A stretch of 63,363 bases of DNA, filler included, from Streblomastix strix (Eukaryota), in assembly GCA_008636045.1 (NCBI GenBank). It is 2 parts of 2 records of this genome, joined end to end, with 100 filler letters (N's around TTAATTAATTAA, not from the genome) between each part and the next. Parts side by side here need not be neighbours in the genome. Positions count along the whole stretch, not along the records: positions 31,777 to 63,363 come from SNRW01000080.1; 1 more part is not named here. The stretch is one strand, 5' to 3'. Position 1 is the stretch's first letter; each line of letters opens with the position of its first letter. The notes under the pieces were generated by a model. That model had not been told where the DNA came from, ran no database searches, and saw nothing but the letters and a program-made list of their open reading frames with translations. A program made the position numbers and the translations under genes. Of this stretch, positions 39,589 to 54,120 are shown piece by piece.

Positions 39589-40266
39589 TTCTTTTAAACG
39601 GAATTACGAAAAAAAATTGATAAAAAAATTTGAAAAATTGTTACGATGTATGATAATTGAGTTCAAAAAAAGTTATAGTATTAGTTTCTAAACGTTCAAA
39701 AAAATAGCAAAAATATCTATTCTTATTAAATCCCGCGGCTAATGTGATGACTAATGCTGAAAAATTTCACTGGTAATTTTTGGACGAGTTAAGTTGAATA
39801 TTTCAATAAAAATATCTTATTAAATTTTTAAATTATTTGATGAGTAGCATGAGGCGGTGATAAACGAAATGGGAATGCGTTATCGCTGGTAAAATCAATT
39901 TGTTTTGTTTCGTTTCATATTCTCAGTAATCATGGTAAATTTATATTGCAAAAATAACTTATGATGTTTATTTACGCAATTATTCAATAATATGAATATT
40001 ATTCCAAAATATTACAATACTTCAGTTTCGAGCGGTTTTTTATTTTTTCCAAGAGTTTTATTCTTAAATATTTCTTATGAATATTAATTATATAATTGTT
40101 TTTATATTGGATGCTAATATTTATCAAAATTGTGAATGATTCCAGTTAAAGTGAAATGTATATGTATGATTAAAAAAATCATTATTAAATATTGTACTAA
40201 AGATGTATATTCACTTTAAATAACTTCACTCTTTATAAATCTATCAACTCATTTTACACTCATATT

Positions 40267-41135
40267 TCATTCCCCATTCTTTTTCTTATATTTCCTCTCA
40301 TTATTATATCCTCCAATATTATCATTCCTATTATTAATACCATTATTAATACTACTATTAATACTATTATTAATATTTCCATCCTTTACAAATCTACTAA
40401 TTTTCTTCTTCTCTTTTTCTTTTTCTTTCTCCCTCATAATCCTCTTCTTCTTATGTCTCTCCTTCCTAGCTCTTATCTTCATCTCAATCATCTCCTTATA
40501 CTGCTCATATGAATACGCATTCTTCAATAAGGCTTCATCTATATCACGAGTGTTACTAGGATTGTCCCAACCACCTCTAATGGCTTCTTCTTCTTTCTCT
40601 TCTTGGATCCTTTATTTGATTATTGACTGATCTTGTTGTATTAGGATTGAGTCTAGTGATTGGATGTAGGTCACGAATTGGTTGACTTGGAGTGGTTCGG
40701 ATGGTAGTTGTTATTAGGATGGATGGATTAATTGTTATTATTATTGAGATGAAGGTGATTATTATTATTGTTGTTGTTATTATGAATGAAGTTATTTTGG
40801 AGGATGGATGTGAATTGGTTATTTTATATCTTTAGGATTCTTAGTTATGTTCTTACTCAATTACAATTTCTGATCTATTTATTAATGTTATTATTATTTC
40901 TATTATAATTAAAGTTTTGATGGAGAAATCTATTTATCTTATTTATTCAATTAATTCAATTAACCCACTTCTTCATTTTCATCCAATTATGCCCATTCAT
41001 TCTTATATTGATCAAGAATGTCTTATATATCCTTGTCTAACTCAAATTTACGTGTGTATTTGTCTTCTTTAATATTTGCATTAATATTATTATTATTTAA
41101 TTTATTATTATTATTAATTTATTGATTTTATTTAT

Positions 41136-41178
<43 letters not shown>

Positions 41179-44100
41179 TTTTTCTTCATATTCAGATCCA
41201 CTTTCATTACCTTCTTCTAATTCTAATTCTTATTCATCTAAAATATCTTCATCATCTTAATTATGAATTTATCCAATCTTTGTTTTGAGTTCAAATTCTC
41301 TTTTCCAATCTAATTCTTCATCTGCAAAATCTTTATCATTATCTAAGATACTATATTTCTTATCATAATTGATACCCGAATTCTAATTTTAATTCAATTT
41401 CTAATTTTAATTCATTTTATCTTTTATTTTCTACCTTTAATTAGCCTGCTATTACAATTACTACTCTTATCTGATGCTCTGATTCAATATTTCATCTCTT
41501 TTCCTCTATTTTGCACTTTTACTCCATCTTTCTATTTAATTATCTTTTTCCTTCAGTTTCTATTCAATTCTTTATTCATCTTCTTCATTTCCTATATATA
41601 GTTGATTTCCTCTTTAAATGATTCCTTATTTCTGAAGTTGGAGTTCTTCATCTGTTGGAATATGCGAATATGAGGAAATATTATTGTTATTGTTATTTCT
41701 GGATGAATTAGAGTTTGATTTGGAAATTGAAATTGAATAATTAACTGAAATTGAATTGTTCATAGAATTTGCACTGTTTTTCTCTCTTTAATTTTAATTC
41801 ATGAGTCGATTTGCACTTTCTATTTTATTCTCATATTATTTATTATTATTATTATCAGTTTAATTTATTGATGAATTATTTGTAGATGCTGAATTAATTC
41901 TTTATGAATCTCTGGCAGATCTTTTCAGTGAGTTTCGAGATATAATGTCTCTTTTAATCTGAATTCCTAATTTGGGTACTTTCTGGATCTGAGAATTTGA
42001 ATTAGAATTAGATGATATTTATTATTAGGATTATTATGATACTGAAGATGCTGATAATTATCTCTGTAACTAATTAGCGCTATTCTTCTTACTCTTCTAA
42101 CTTCTATTTACTTACTTATTATTATTTCTATTATTATTCCTATTATAATTATTATTCATATTATTATTCACATTCACATACCTCTATCCACCAATATGTA
42201 TATTCCATCTCTTCCTGTACTTCTATAGTTATTATTCACCAATTGGATCACCTTCTTCTCCAAGTATTATGATATCTTTGATTAAGTGCTTCTTTTGAAT
42301 CTTACTTATGATATCTTCATCTGTTGATACTAATGAGGATGATGAATATGATGATGATGATGAAGATTCATTATCTGATATATTATTATCTGTGGTGTTT
42401 AATTTGAGTGATTATGTTTTATCATCGTTTTCTATTTATTATTCTTATTCTTTTTATTTTTATTCGCTTTATTTTTCCTTTTATTATTCTTTCAATTTCT
42501 ATTTTTCAATCTTTTTCTTAATCTTCTTCTCTTATTTAATTTGAATCTTCTTCTTCTTCTCATTAACTTCCTTTTCTAATTCTTCTAATTCAAAATCTGA
42601 ATTTAATGGACTTTCATCTTCATCTTCATCATTATTATCTGAATTAGAAATAATATCATTCAACTGATCATCATCTACTTAGATCTAAGATATATTATAT
42701 TATTAATACATATTATTATCATCTGCCCAGAGTTTAGGAGTATATATTTATTCATCTTCTATTAAATGTTATTCTTTTTATGATTCTTGTTTTGATTATT
42801 AAGATTTAGGCAATTACTATTATTATTTAGATTATTATGATAATGATTATTATAGTGCTTGTTTAGGATTAGTTGGAATTATTTTTTGATTTGAATTTGC
42901 TTTTGTTTATATTGATTAAGTATTTGAATTGGATTAGACAGTTTATGAATTTGCATGTGTTTAAATAGTTTATATATTTGAATTGGATTAAACAGATTAT
43001 GTATTTGAGGATGAAGAAGATTATAATGATTATAAAGAAGGTTAATTTGTCTGTTATTATTGTTATTATTATACACTTCGTTTTGGTAACACGGGAACAG
43101 GCAAATTTGATTTTGTTTTTGCAATCACAGGCTGATGGTGTTTTGTTTATTATTTTGGCAACTATTATTATGTAGAAGATAATAATTATTATTATTGTTT
43201 CTCTTGTTCTTAAATTGCTTACAGAACTGCAGATGCTTTTGACTGAATTATTTTAGATGGTGCATTTGAATTCACTTTTGATTGTACTTAATTATTTATT
43301 TATATGGATGTTTGATTAAGAAGTGGTTTTGGTGGGGAATTTGATCTTTTTTTCAGTTACTGTTGTAATTGAGAATCAGATAATTAAATAAGATTAGAAT
43401 TTGAATTAGAATTAATATTTGTATTTGATTAGTTAATATTTGTATTATTATTATTTGTAGTATTTGTTTGATTAATATTATTAGTGCTATTATTATTAGG
43501 TGAAGTTACAATTGGTGAATGAGTTAATAAAGTTGGAGTTGATAATTAAGATTAAGATGAAGATTAAGATAAATTAGATTAGGAGCTTAATGGTCTGTTA
43601 GAAGGAGATAATAATAACTATTATTAAGAAGATTATTAAGAAGATTATTAAGAAGATTATTAAGTTGTTGGTCTTGATTATTATACTTGTTATATTTGTT
43701 ATTACTACTAAGATGAAGGAGAAATAATTTGTTTAATAGACGATTATGATTGAATAGCATTTGATGAAGATGATTATCTCTTCGGAGTAACTGAAGATAT
43801 ATTTGATTGAGATAATTATGATTACTATGATGATTATTACTATTATTATAATGAATGTTATATAACTGCATTGGCTGATGATGATTTCTTTGGAGTAATA
43901 GGAGCAGTTGTTGATCCAGTAAGTACAGGTTATTATGAAGAAGAAGATTATTTCTTTGTAGAAGCAACAACATTAGATATTGAAGGAGGGTTAGTTTATG
44001 ATTATTAAGTATTAGAAGTTAAAGTTTATTTCTTTGGAGTAACCTATGCTAATGCAGATAAAGTCTAAGGTTATAATGATTATTAATTAGAAATATTAGA

Positions 44101-45470
44101 ATTAGATGTTGAATTAGAATTAGAAATAGTATTAGCTGTATTTATTGTAGAATTCATCAGTTTTGGTGGAGTATGAACCTTCTAAGTATTATTCAAACTA
44201 CTATTCAATTAATTTTTAGGATTAGATATTGTACTATTCAATGATTATTACTACTATTGTATTACTGGTTACAATCTTCGTGGAGGAGTCATTAATAACT
44301 ATTGAGATTAAGATAAAGAAGATTAAGAAGTAGATAATAATTATTACTACTATTATTATGATATAGATTATTAAGATGATTATGGTTATGTTATAGTATT
44401 TATATATCTCCTTAAATGATCATCAAAAGTCTGTAGGCTGTTCTATGTTGAATGTGCAATCATTTCTTTTGTCTTTAATTTTATCTCATCTTTAAATTAC
44501 TTCAGTTGTATCTTATAGTTAAAATTCTTCCTCATTTCTTCATTGATTTCATTCAACTACTGTTTTAGCCCAGAATTTTCTTCTTTTAGAGCATCTCTTA
44601 GATCTTAGATTTGGTTGTCATCCATTGTTAGTATTGAGATCTCGAGTGGAATGCGTCTATTAAGTTGATGAATATATGCGATATTAATTAAATAGTAAAT
44701 CAAATAAAACAAAAATTAAGTATAAATAAATAAATATGAATTTATAACATAATGTATTTATAATATATAATATAATAATAGTAACCTCAACGAATCTCTT
44801 GAATAAGTAGATGACAATGATGAAGCTGTAGATGGCCTTGAACTCTATGAAGGCGAAGATGGGATCTAATTTGAATGCGGCCTTTATTACTATTTAATAT
44901 ACTGATATGTCAGTTGGTCATTCTTATTGAAGTTTGGTGGTGTTAATAACTCATTCATTATCTCTTCATCGTTTCGCTTATCTTCTGGGCTGTTGTGACG
45001 GTGGAGCTTTTGAATAATAGAAGAATAGAAATTAGTTATATATTAAATATAAATTTTTTATTAAGTAATTTTTCATTTATGTACCTCTAAGAGCTCTTTT
45101 ACGGATACGGCTATTGATTTTTCCAGCTAATCCTTCTGTCGTGATCGTACTACAAGTTGTCTGGTGTAATATTATAAAATATACATATAATTTATTAATA
45201 TATGCTAATAAAAATTTGAAAAATACTCGGGGACTTTCGAGTTTTCTTCATTTTTAGCTTCTTTCTCCTCATATGCAGTCCCCAAGGCTGAAAGTCCTTC
45301 AATTTCGTTGAATAATCTCTAATTTTGAAAATAATAAATATGATTATTTAAAAAAATAGTAATAATCATACTTAGTTTTCATCAATAACAGCTATACCAA
45401 GCGTTCTTTTGATTTCATTGGACTCTGGTTTGTTAATGTGTTTCTGCAATTCGCTCCAAAGCAATGCCAT
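40267..45470 (-). CDS. Very long Q/N/S-rich protein with N-terminus resembling CCDC24
   Basis: 'MALLWSELQKHINKPESNEIKRTLGIAVIDEN..LFNEIEGL' and 'IQDLRDALKEENSGLKQQL' recall CCDC24 blocks from memory. Several short introns, then a ~4.4 kb exon. Confidence 0.7.
41138..41178. repeat. (TCA)n microsatellite encoding poly-Asp on the minus strand
   Basis: Pure tca run inside the large exon. Confidence 0.9.
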
Positions 45471-46092
45471 TTCAGTTATTAAATTAAGATCTAAATTCAT
45501 TAATAAAAATTATATAAAGAATTTTTTTTAATTTATCACTATAATAAAGGCTATAAAATGCATTTTAAATAATAAAAAAGGTTGATTGAATTCCTGGCTA
45601 TGTTATTTATTACGAAGCCATTTAATTTCTAACAATTGCTATGTAACAATAAATTTAAATATAATTTTAATATGATTAATTTTTGAGCATATATTGGAAA
45701 TATAAATAAAGAAAAATTAAGACTAAATGAATTAAAATAAAAATTCGTTTAAAAAATATGAAAATAATTCATATAATTTTTTTTAAAACTAAATCAATAT
45801 TCAAACTATTATTATCAAACTTTCACTAAAGGATTTAATATAGACTGAAAGTTTTGTTGTATTTCAAGCATTTTCTAGTCTAAAACGTTATCATCAACTA
45901 ATATATATTTATTTAAGGAATGTTCCATCGCATTTTCTTTAAAATTTTTGCAATTAATAATTTACACACCGAGATAAAACCAAATATTTAAAATTCACTT
46001 TTTTCTTATCAATTATTTATTTTTTGAAAATATTTATTTATTTATTATTTGGTATTTTATATTTTTATAAATTAGTCAACCATTTTCATGAC

Positions 46093-46662
46093 ATGACAGG
46101 AAGTACTTGTTGTGCTAACAAAGATTCAAATTCCAAGAATGAAAATTCCGAGATTTCATAATCTAACAGCAACGCAATCATTTCAAATTCGAGTGAAATA
46201 ATTGAGATATACTGGATGTAGTCACTTTCTTGGCAGTTCTCTAAAATATTTGCAGATGTGGTGCCAGGGATTAGTTAGGCTGTTTTATTTTCTAGTATCT
46301 CGCGTTTCATCGAGTTCATGCAGAAGAAAGAAGATTTGGTGATGGAAGAAGGAATGATTGCTGTAGAGCTGCTAAAGAGGTTCGTTTAGAAATAGTAAAT
46401 TAAGAAAGTAAACCTGATTAGTACGAAAAACACGGGAATGATATTAACTATCGCATTTATTCTTGCTTTGAAGCTTTGCCGAGATTAAATACATTTGAAT
46501 AATTACTTTGCTAATTTGTTTAACATACCAATTGTTGATTTGAACCAGTCTGAGATTAGTTTCCTTAAAATAATAGATTTTTAACTTTGGGTTAGTGATG
46601 ATTATTTTTCACAGTCATTTGAGGAAGTTTCAGAATTTGAGGATGTTAATATTCCTCTTTGA
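46093..46662 (+). CDS. PHO80/cyclin-P(U)-like cyclin, 189 aa, intronless
   Basis: 'TIAFILALKLCRDQIHLNNYFANLFNIPIVDLNQSEISFLKIIDFQLWV' fits the cyclin-box pattern LA.K...D....N..FA.......LN..E..FL..IDF.L.V. Confidence 0.8.
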
Positions 46663-47479
46663 TATTTAACCATTTTAATTTGGATTCTTTATTTTATCAT
46701 TTTATTGATAGGATTTTAATTTGTCATTTTTAATTTTAAACTATATTGAATTACTCTTAATATTTTATATTTCAAGATATATTGTATTTTTTCTTAATTT
46801 TACAAAATTTTATTTTTTTTTCACAATAGCTTTTATTTTTTTTATTGAAAACACTTCTCATTATTCTCTAATATTATATTATACAATTCACCCTCTAATA
46901 TATATACACTTCAATAATGGGAAATTGTTATATTATATCTTTTTATTCATTTTTCATTTTATTCAGGGCATTTATTATTATTGTTAATTATCTTTACTAT
47001 TCATATTTTTAGTTTATACTTAATTCTTTGTGTTAATAACATCGACTTCTTAGTTTATTGTTAATGTATTTCAATAAATCATAAATGATAACAAAAAACT
47101 AATAATATATTTTTTGACCTTCTAAAATCTTTGAAAATTGATTTTGTATATTTTAATTTAGGCCTGGGCAAATGTGGAAATTGTGAAATTTCAGTGGCAA
47201 ACAGGTTACTTTCCAATTACAAAAAAGTTTTTTTAGTTAATTTCAAATCCAAATACCGGGGCGCCAAAAAGTCCATGCACAGTCTTTATCTAAATGAATA
47301 TAATAAAATAACAAAAATTATTAATAAATTTTTCTTAGTCTAGATATTAGTATAAATATCTTTCCCATTCTTTTTTTGTAATGTCTGTTCTGGCTGAGAT
47401 TCGGCTTTAAATCAAAAAAATTAAAATAAAACAAATAAATAATTTATATACTTCATGTAAATAAAAATTTATAATAATC

Positions 47480-48960
47480 TTCATTAATATTTCTAATATT
47501 TACCTGATTAATCATTTAAGCTTTAATATCTTTTCCTGTGTAATATTCTGATATTATATTCATTATTCCAATAATATCATCTTCTGGTATATTTATTCTT
47601 TGACTAATTAATTAATTGGTTCATTTTAATCCTCCATTTAATTTTAATAATGAATTTTAATTTGCATTTGTTTTGTTAATCCAATTTTGCAAATTGCCTC
47701 GTGATGTATCACAAGAGATAAATCTCCTACATTTGCTTAAATTAATCAAATAGAAGTTTCCTGCTGTTTGCTTCGTGTAGCCAATAAGGAAGTTATTCTG
47801 TTTAAGACGAAAAATATTATGAAAAATGTACTTATTAAGCAAATTATTGACAATAACAAACGAAATATTTTGATTAAGAATCAGAATCCACAAATCCATA
47901 AATTTTGATATCTACCATCTTCATGTTGAATTGACTTTTCAAATGTATTTTATTTTAAAGAAACTACTAGATGCGATATAAATATCAAATAGCACTTGTA
48001 AATTATAACCTGCAACTTTCACCATTTAACGGAGGAAACCTTCCGTCACAATTTAATTGAATGACTGAACGTACAAATTTCGCAGCACTTGATCAAAAAT
48101 TAATATTCAAAAAACATTGTATATATGCTTAAAAGAGTACATTCTCTATGAATAATTATTTTTAGCTTTAATTGATATTGTTCACAAAAGAAAAATAAAT
48201 TTATTCTATTTTTTATTTTTGTTTCATACTAATCGAAACAGTAAAATTTTATTATAATATCATACTTATATTTATATATATCCTTTATATATTTCAATTT
48301 TAAAAATGTAACATAATTAACATTTAATTGCTGGCAAGAAATTAATCATTTGATGTTTCAGTCAAAATTTAATTGGTGTGACGGAACCGTCTCTAGGAAA
48401 AATTATGACGGAACCGCAAATTTCCAATGAATTAATGGTAAACATATCTAAAATAAATATTTTCATATTATTTTAATGAATAATACAAATATAAACCAAA
48501 TTTATCCGTAGTAACATTTTTTTTAATATATAAATATAACGCATTTTCTCAATTTTTACACTAATCGTTAGTCATAGCATTTTATCAAGATTAAGTCTTA
48601 AAATAATTTACATAAGTTATATTCGTAAATTAAATATTTTTATTATTTAGATTTAATGTCATATTGTCATACGCACCATAATTCGTTAAGTTTAATTTGA
48701 ATGGATCAGTGATTTTCTAATATGTTACAATTAATTTACACATTACTGTTGATTTTCCACTTCCAACAGCTCCCACAATATAATGATTTCCATTAATATG
48801 AAATAATTAAATCTTCATTAATGGTCTAATTTCATATTCATCCATTAGATTCTTATTCGCAAATGTTATTTTCTAAAATTCTAGTAAAATAATTTTCAAA
48901 AAATTTAAATGAACATATTAAGTTTGATCTCAGGATTAATGAATTATTCGTTCTATGGCA
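47480..48960 (-). pseudogene. P-loop ATPase (probable packaging ATPase), interrupted by a MITE
   Basis: Walker A 'HYIVGAVGSGKST' at ~48750-48790; possible decayed Walker B 'FVIVNN' at ~47845-47862. Confidence 0.6.
47990..48450. mobile_element. MITE-like insertion with inverted arms
   Basis: ttccgtcacaatttaattgaatgactgaa (48041) versus reverse complement of ~48355-48387 (ttccgtcacaccaattaaattttgactgaa); tgacggaaccg occurs twice in the right arm. Confidence 0.6.
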
Positions 48961-49599
48961 TTAATTTTATAATATCAATTCTATCAGTCTCCATATCTGA
49001 ATTTTTGAAGGATTAGTTGAGGTTAATGATTTGAAATAATAGGATAAATAAACATATGATCAATTAAAATAACGCTTTTGTTTCTTATAACTAATGTAGG
49101 ATAAAATTGAAGCGATAATTAAATACATAAAACATATCAACAAATTTATTATTTTTGATTAAGTTAATATTAATTGACAAAGTTACCGTTTTATTCATCA
49201 TTCACAAATTAGTTATAAATATATTTTTATTCTTCATTTGCTTTAGAGAAAATGATCTTTTTTATTTATTATAGTTATTTGTTTAAATTTAAAGATTTTT
49301 TTAATTAAAAGATACTTATTTATGAATTATTTATCTATTTCAATAAATAACTAATTTAGATAATCTTCTATATCAACCATTTTCCTTATATTTTTTAATT
49401 GTTGTTATTGATTAGATAACATTTTATTTGTTCTCATTAATTTTTAATGCAATGGATGGATTGATTCTTTTGTATCATTGTTGAATAAATTTTGAAATGC
49501 TTCAGTTTTAATTTTAATTGTATCTTTATCTTGAAAGTGAAATTTGAAATATTCATTGAATAATTAATTTATTGGCTATAATATTGCTTTTTTCATTTA

Positions 49600-51371
49600 A
49601 TTTCAAAAATAAATCCAAGCATCTAAGCATATGAAGGTCAAAATAACGTAAAATTTGATAATTGTTTAGATGTTTCATCTGATAGCAAAACCTTAAAATA
49701 CTTTAGCGATGTAATTAAATGAAGCATATAAAGATGATGATAATTATAATAGAAAAATTAACATTAGTGGGCTTAAAGACCCACTAGCTCCAATTACAAA
49801 AAATATGGCATAAATATCGTAAAAATATTGTAGAAATGCAGTTTAAGAAATTGAGAGTTCAGAGTGATTACGTTTTTAGTTAGGATTTTAATCTACATGT
49901 GGACCATTTTATTAATTTTAACTGATACGTGATGGAACGACATTATGCGATACTTCTATAGATGCTAGAGAATGTGAAGCTATTTGTTCGAATTCTTTGA
50001 GTAATTTGTATCCTAGTAATAGTTTTAATGTTTCTCCTTTAGAAAGTATCTTTTCTTGCAATCGGCATTTTGTAATATTATTCGATATATCTCCATTTGA
50101 AATTAATACAAAAGTTATAGATATAATTCGATGGTTTTTTTTAAAATGCCAATTGAAATATCATTTAGTTAAGTGTTGATCTTAATTAGTTAAATTCAAA
50201 CTGTAATTCATTTCTGATTCTTACTCAAAATTATTCTGCACTTTATCTATAACTTTGGATATAAGATTATTTATTGGATTTGAAGGTTGTATGACTTGAA
50301 TATTAAGATGCAATTATAAATTTGCACATAAACTATCTAATGTTTCCACTTAAGAATCCAGAAATAGTATATCTATTAAATGAATATACTTAAAATATAT
50401 TTTCTTATAAGAAATATAATATAAGAATAGTTAATATTTAAAACGCGGCATTAGTTGATAAATTGTTATAAGAAAATATCAGTAAAATAGATAATATCAA
50501 ATTTGACATTTTAGAGATATATAATATATGTTTTAATATTTAAAATATTAAATGAATAATTATCAGGATTAGAGAATAAAAAATTGTCAACATTCCAACC
50601 TAAGTATTTAGATTATAACCATCAAATTTTCCATTTAGTGGTTTTACTGAAACAAGTGGAGTTATATAAAGGAATATGTCATTCCCTAATATTAAACAAT
50701 ATTTTCGGCATTTGCCATACTTTAATATCTTATATGGTTTTATCCTGTATAATTTTATGATTTTGATTTAGTTATTGGCTAACGACATGTAATTCCAGCT
50801 CCATATGATACCACAACATAAACTATTAATTGTGTAATGTTTGACTATATCGTTGATTAAAATGTTATAAGTGCTCCATCAGATCTATATCATTCATTAG
50901 CATTTGAAAGTATAAATTGCACTGATAAAAAAATAATTTAAATCGTTGTAGAGAAGTGAATGTATTCAGCATTTCTACATTATTCAAAGGTATTAAAGTT
51001 ATAAAAACATTATAAGCAAAGAAATATCTGATAGCAAAGAAATTAATAACAGATGATTCATTTTTGCGAAGCTGCAACTCTTCATAATTAGGATCAAGAT
51101 CAAATATATCAGTTATTTTTCATAATACTTTGACTAAAGAAATAGTAGATAATGCAACATAAAAATAAAATGAAAATTAGAACTAAAATAACTTAAACAA
51201 TTTATTACATTGAGAAATTATCCTGATCTGACTAAAGTAGCTATTACTCCAATGCTACATTATTTATGTGATGCATTTATAAGAATTACATTTGATAATA
51301 ATCTTGATCTATAAATTTAAAATGCTTATGTAATTGAAAAGTTAAGAGGTAGATCAATTAATTCTGGTTGA
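49600..51371 (+). pseudogene. ~580 aa element-borne protein, candidate major capsid protein (decayed)
   Basis: Intronless, divergent from the ATPase region; 'FDLVIGQRHVIPAPY..VDQNVISAPSDLYHSLAFE', 'TPMLHYLCDAFIRITFD..GRSINSG*'. The capsid role is inferred only from size and context. Confidence 0.45.
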
Positions 51372-51391
51372 TCAAAAAAATTTATTTTTCA

Positions 51392-54120
51392 ATGACAAAT
51401 CTTACTTTCGCAAACCTATTTAATTTGTACTTCACAAATGGTCTTAAAGATAGAGTGCCAATTATTGTTCAACTATCCAAGGGAATAAATGATCGTTTCA
51501 TTAAATTTATTCAATTGTTTATTTTTTAAATTAATCATTCTAGTTGTAATGAATCGATTAAGAATCACATATTTAAACTGCAAAATCGTCCGGAAATTTG
51601 ATTAATTACATAGTTTTAATTATATATCAAAACCACTAGAGTTAATGTTTAAATCAATAGAAATATCATCATTCCATAATATTGGATAACTATATCTTTA
51701 AACCAAATTCAAATCTGCATTTTATTGCATATTTCTTGAGGTATCAGTAAAAAATTTCGTTTAATTTCAGCATCAACGATTCAAAATAAAGTATATTCTG
51801 AATATTAAGCAGAATTAGGATCTGACTGAATCATTTTCAGAGAAATTTAAACCTTTATATTTTATATGGTTAAAGTACCACATTAGTAACTTTCATACAT
51901 TCCATACATTATCGATTTCAAAGTACTTGGTTCAATTGGTTCATAGTCTAATTTATTTTTTTAAAAAGTATTTCAATTTGCTGACAATATATATTTATTT
52001 GTTCCACCTTATTTAATAATTTTGCCAGCTATTATAGGTGATAAAAATGTCTTTACTGCACGAATAATTTAGTCAGTATGTAGATTAACAAAATTAATAG
52101 CGATTTTAAAAAATATATTCAAAAAACTAAAATTCTTTTTAATCTCATTATCAATAACTTATAATAATGTATTACTTTCTTTAATTTATTTTTGTTACTC
52201 CACTTATTGTTATATTATTTTACTTACCTATTCTTACTAATTAATCTGTTCGTCTTCATCAATCATATTTAAATCACTTAAGTTTTGATCAATTTTTATT
52301 ACAAAAATAATCAGTAATCATTATTCAACATGGTAATCTATACTATTATCTGTACATTTAACTCCATATTAGATATATTATTTGTATTTTGTTTGAGCTT
52401 ACATTTATTCAACTACTTCTTTTAACTCACGATATTTTATTCCTCTATCCATATTATCACGTAAGACTTTCATCTGTTAGTTATATTATTTAATTGTGTC
52501 TTCAATATGTCCATTATATCTCTTCCTTATCAATTTATAAACTTGTTATGAATGACTTGAATTATTACCATATCGTTTTAATAGCTTATAGTAAGGTTAA
52601 TTATATTTATTTAATGTTCGTTAATAGAAATCATCACCACATTAATATATAGGTTCTACATAAATTTCCTATGGTAAATTTTAAGGATTAACAAACAATT
52701 TATCTTTGACTATTTCTGATTGTGCAAGCATTTTTGTTATCGGTAAAATAATTAAATAGTAAAAAATTAGATATATAAAATAATTATCAAGTATCATTAT
52801 TAGTAATCTCAGATGTAGATGCATCTGATAAACGTTCAAAATCCCTGTTGATTATATTAAGTTTTTCAATGTAATTCTATAAGACATTACTCAATACTGA
52901 AATATTAAAATTTATAATTAAAACTTCTATCATTTTTAATAAGTATTTCTGATATGTGATTTACCAATGCTTGAATGGGATCTCATTAATGGTTTTTCTA
53001 ATATAATTTCTATTTCACTTTAATTCTCTTATGTAATTAATATCCAAAGTACAATGAAGCTATCTGATGTGAATATGAAGTCATCTATTCTATTTCTAAA
53101 ACTTACTGTAGACTAAATTGTGTCAATAATGAATTTCATTACTTTTATATTTGGATGAGAAAGATAAATATTTTTTTCAACTTCCTTACGTTCAACTTAT
53201 GCAATTACTCTTTCAACTTTTTACTATTTATTAGCCTTTAATTTCTTATACGATCGAACAATTTATGATTCAGTTATAACATCTTATTATTCAGCAACTT
53301 TCTTCAAAATGCCCATATCGCAGATTTACTACTCTTTATTCTTGATAGTTTCATCAACTGTAGGATCTGATTTAATATGATTAGTTGCATCATCAATCAA
53401 TTGCAATCTAATTTTATCATCTTCAGCTAAATCTTTATGCGTAATCTCTGAAAATTAATTCTTGATTTTTGCCAATCGAATTGAGTTACTTTCAATGCAC
53501 TTTATCATTTATTTATTTAAAAATATTCAAATGGACTTACAACACGCATTAAAGAATTTAATAGAGAATGGAACAAATATTGAATACTTTGACAATGGAT
53601 ATGTAATCCAAATTAATAAAGATATTAAAGTGTTCGAAGAAGGAAAGAAAACACTTAAAAAATTAACATAAACATAATAGAATAAATTACTGTTATAAGC
53701 TAAAGGTGGGGTTGCTCCAAAGAAAAATGTTTAAAAAGCATCTTAAAAATAAATTGATGATGAAGATTTTATATCTTATGAGCCATAAGATGAATAAAAT
53801 GAAAGTGATAATGATTTCATAAGCGAAGTCAGAAAAAAACCATTAAAGAAGTAAATTAAAAAAAAAGGTTATTAAAACATCAAAAACTTCATAAATTAAT
53901 TATACTAATCCACAACTTGATTTGGAGGAACTAATCAGGTTGAGAACAGAAAATTCATTTATTAAATAATAACATTAAGATGCTGTTAAACAAATAGAGA
54001 AATATAAATAAAAACTTAAACGATATAAATAACCAAAACAAACTATTGAAAATGAAGATAAAGAACCGTAAGAGATACAGATTTAAAAAAGTTTAATAAG
54101 AAGAACCCGTATAATTTGAA
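51392..54120. other. Tightly packed decayed intronless ORFs on both strands (+51392-~52200, -~52200-52740, -~52780-53500, +53530-54120)
   Basis: Virus-like packing with very short intergenic spaces; e.g. MDLQHALKNLIENGTNIEYFDNGYVIQ from 53530. Confidence 0.45.

Noticed and set aside
36809..43973. Leu/Phe/His-rich ORFs in the track
   Set aside because: Off-frame or antisense products of Q/E/K-rich exons, caused by using the standard code.
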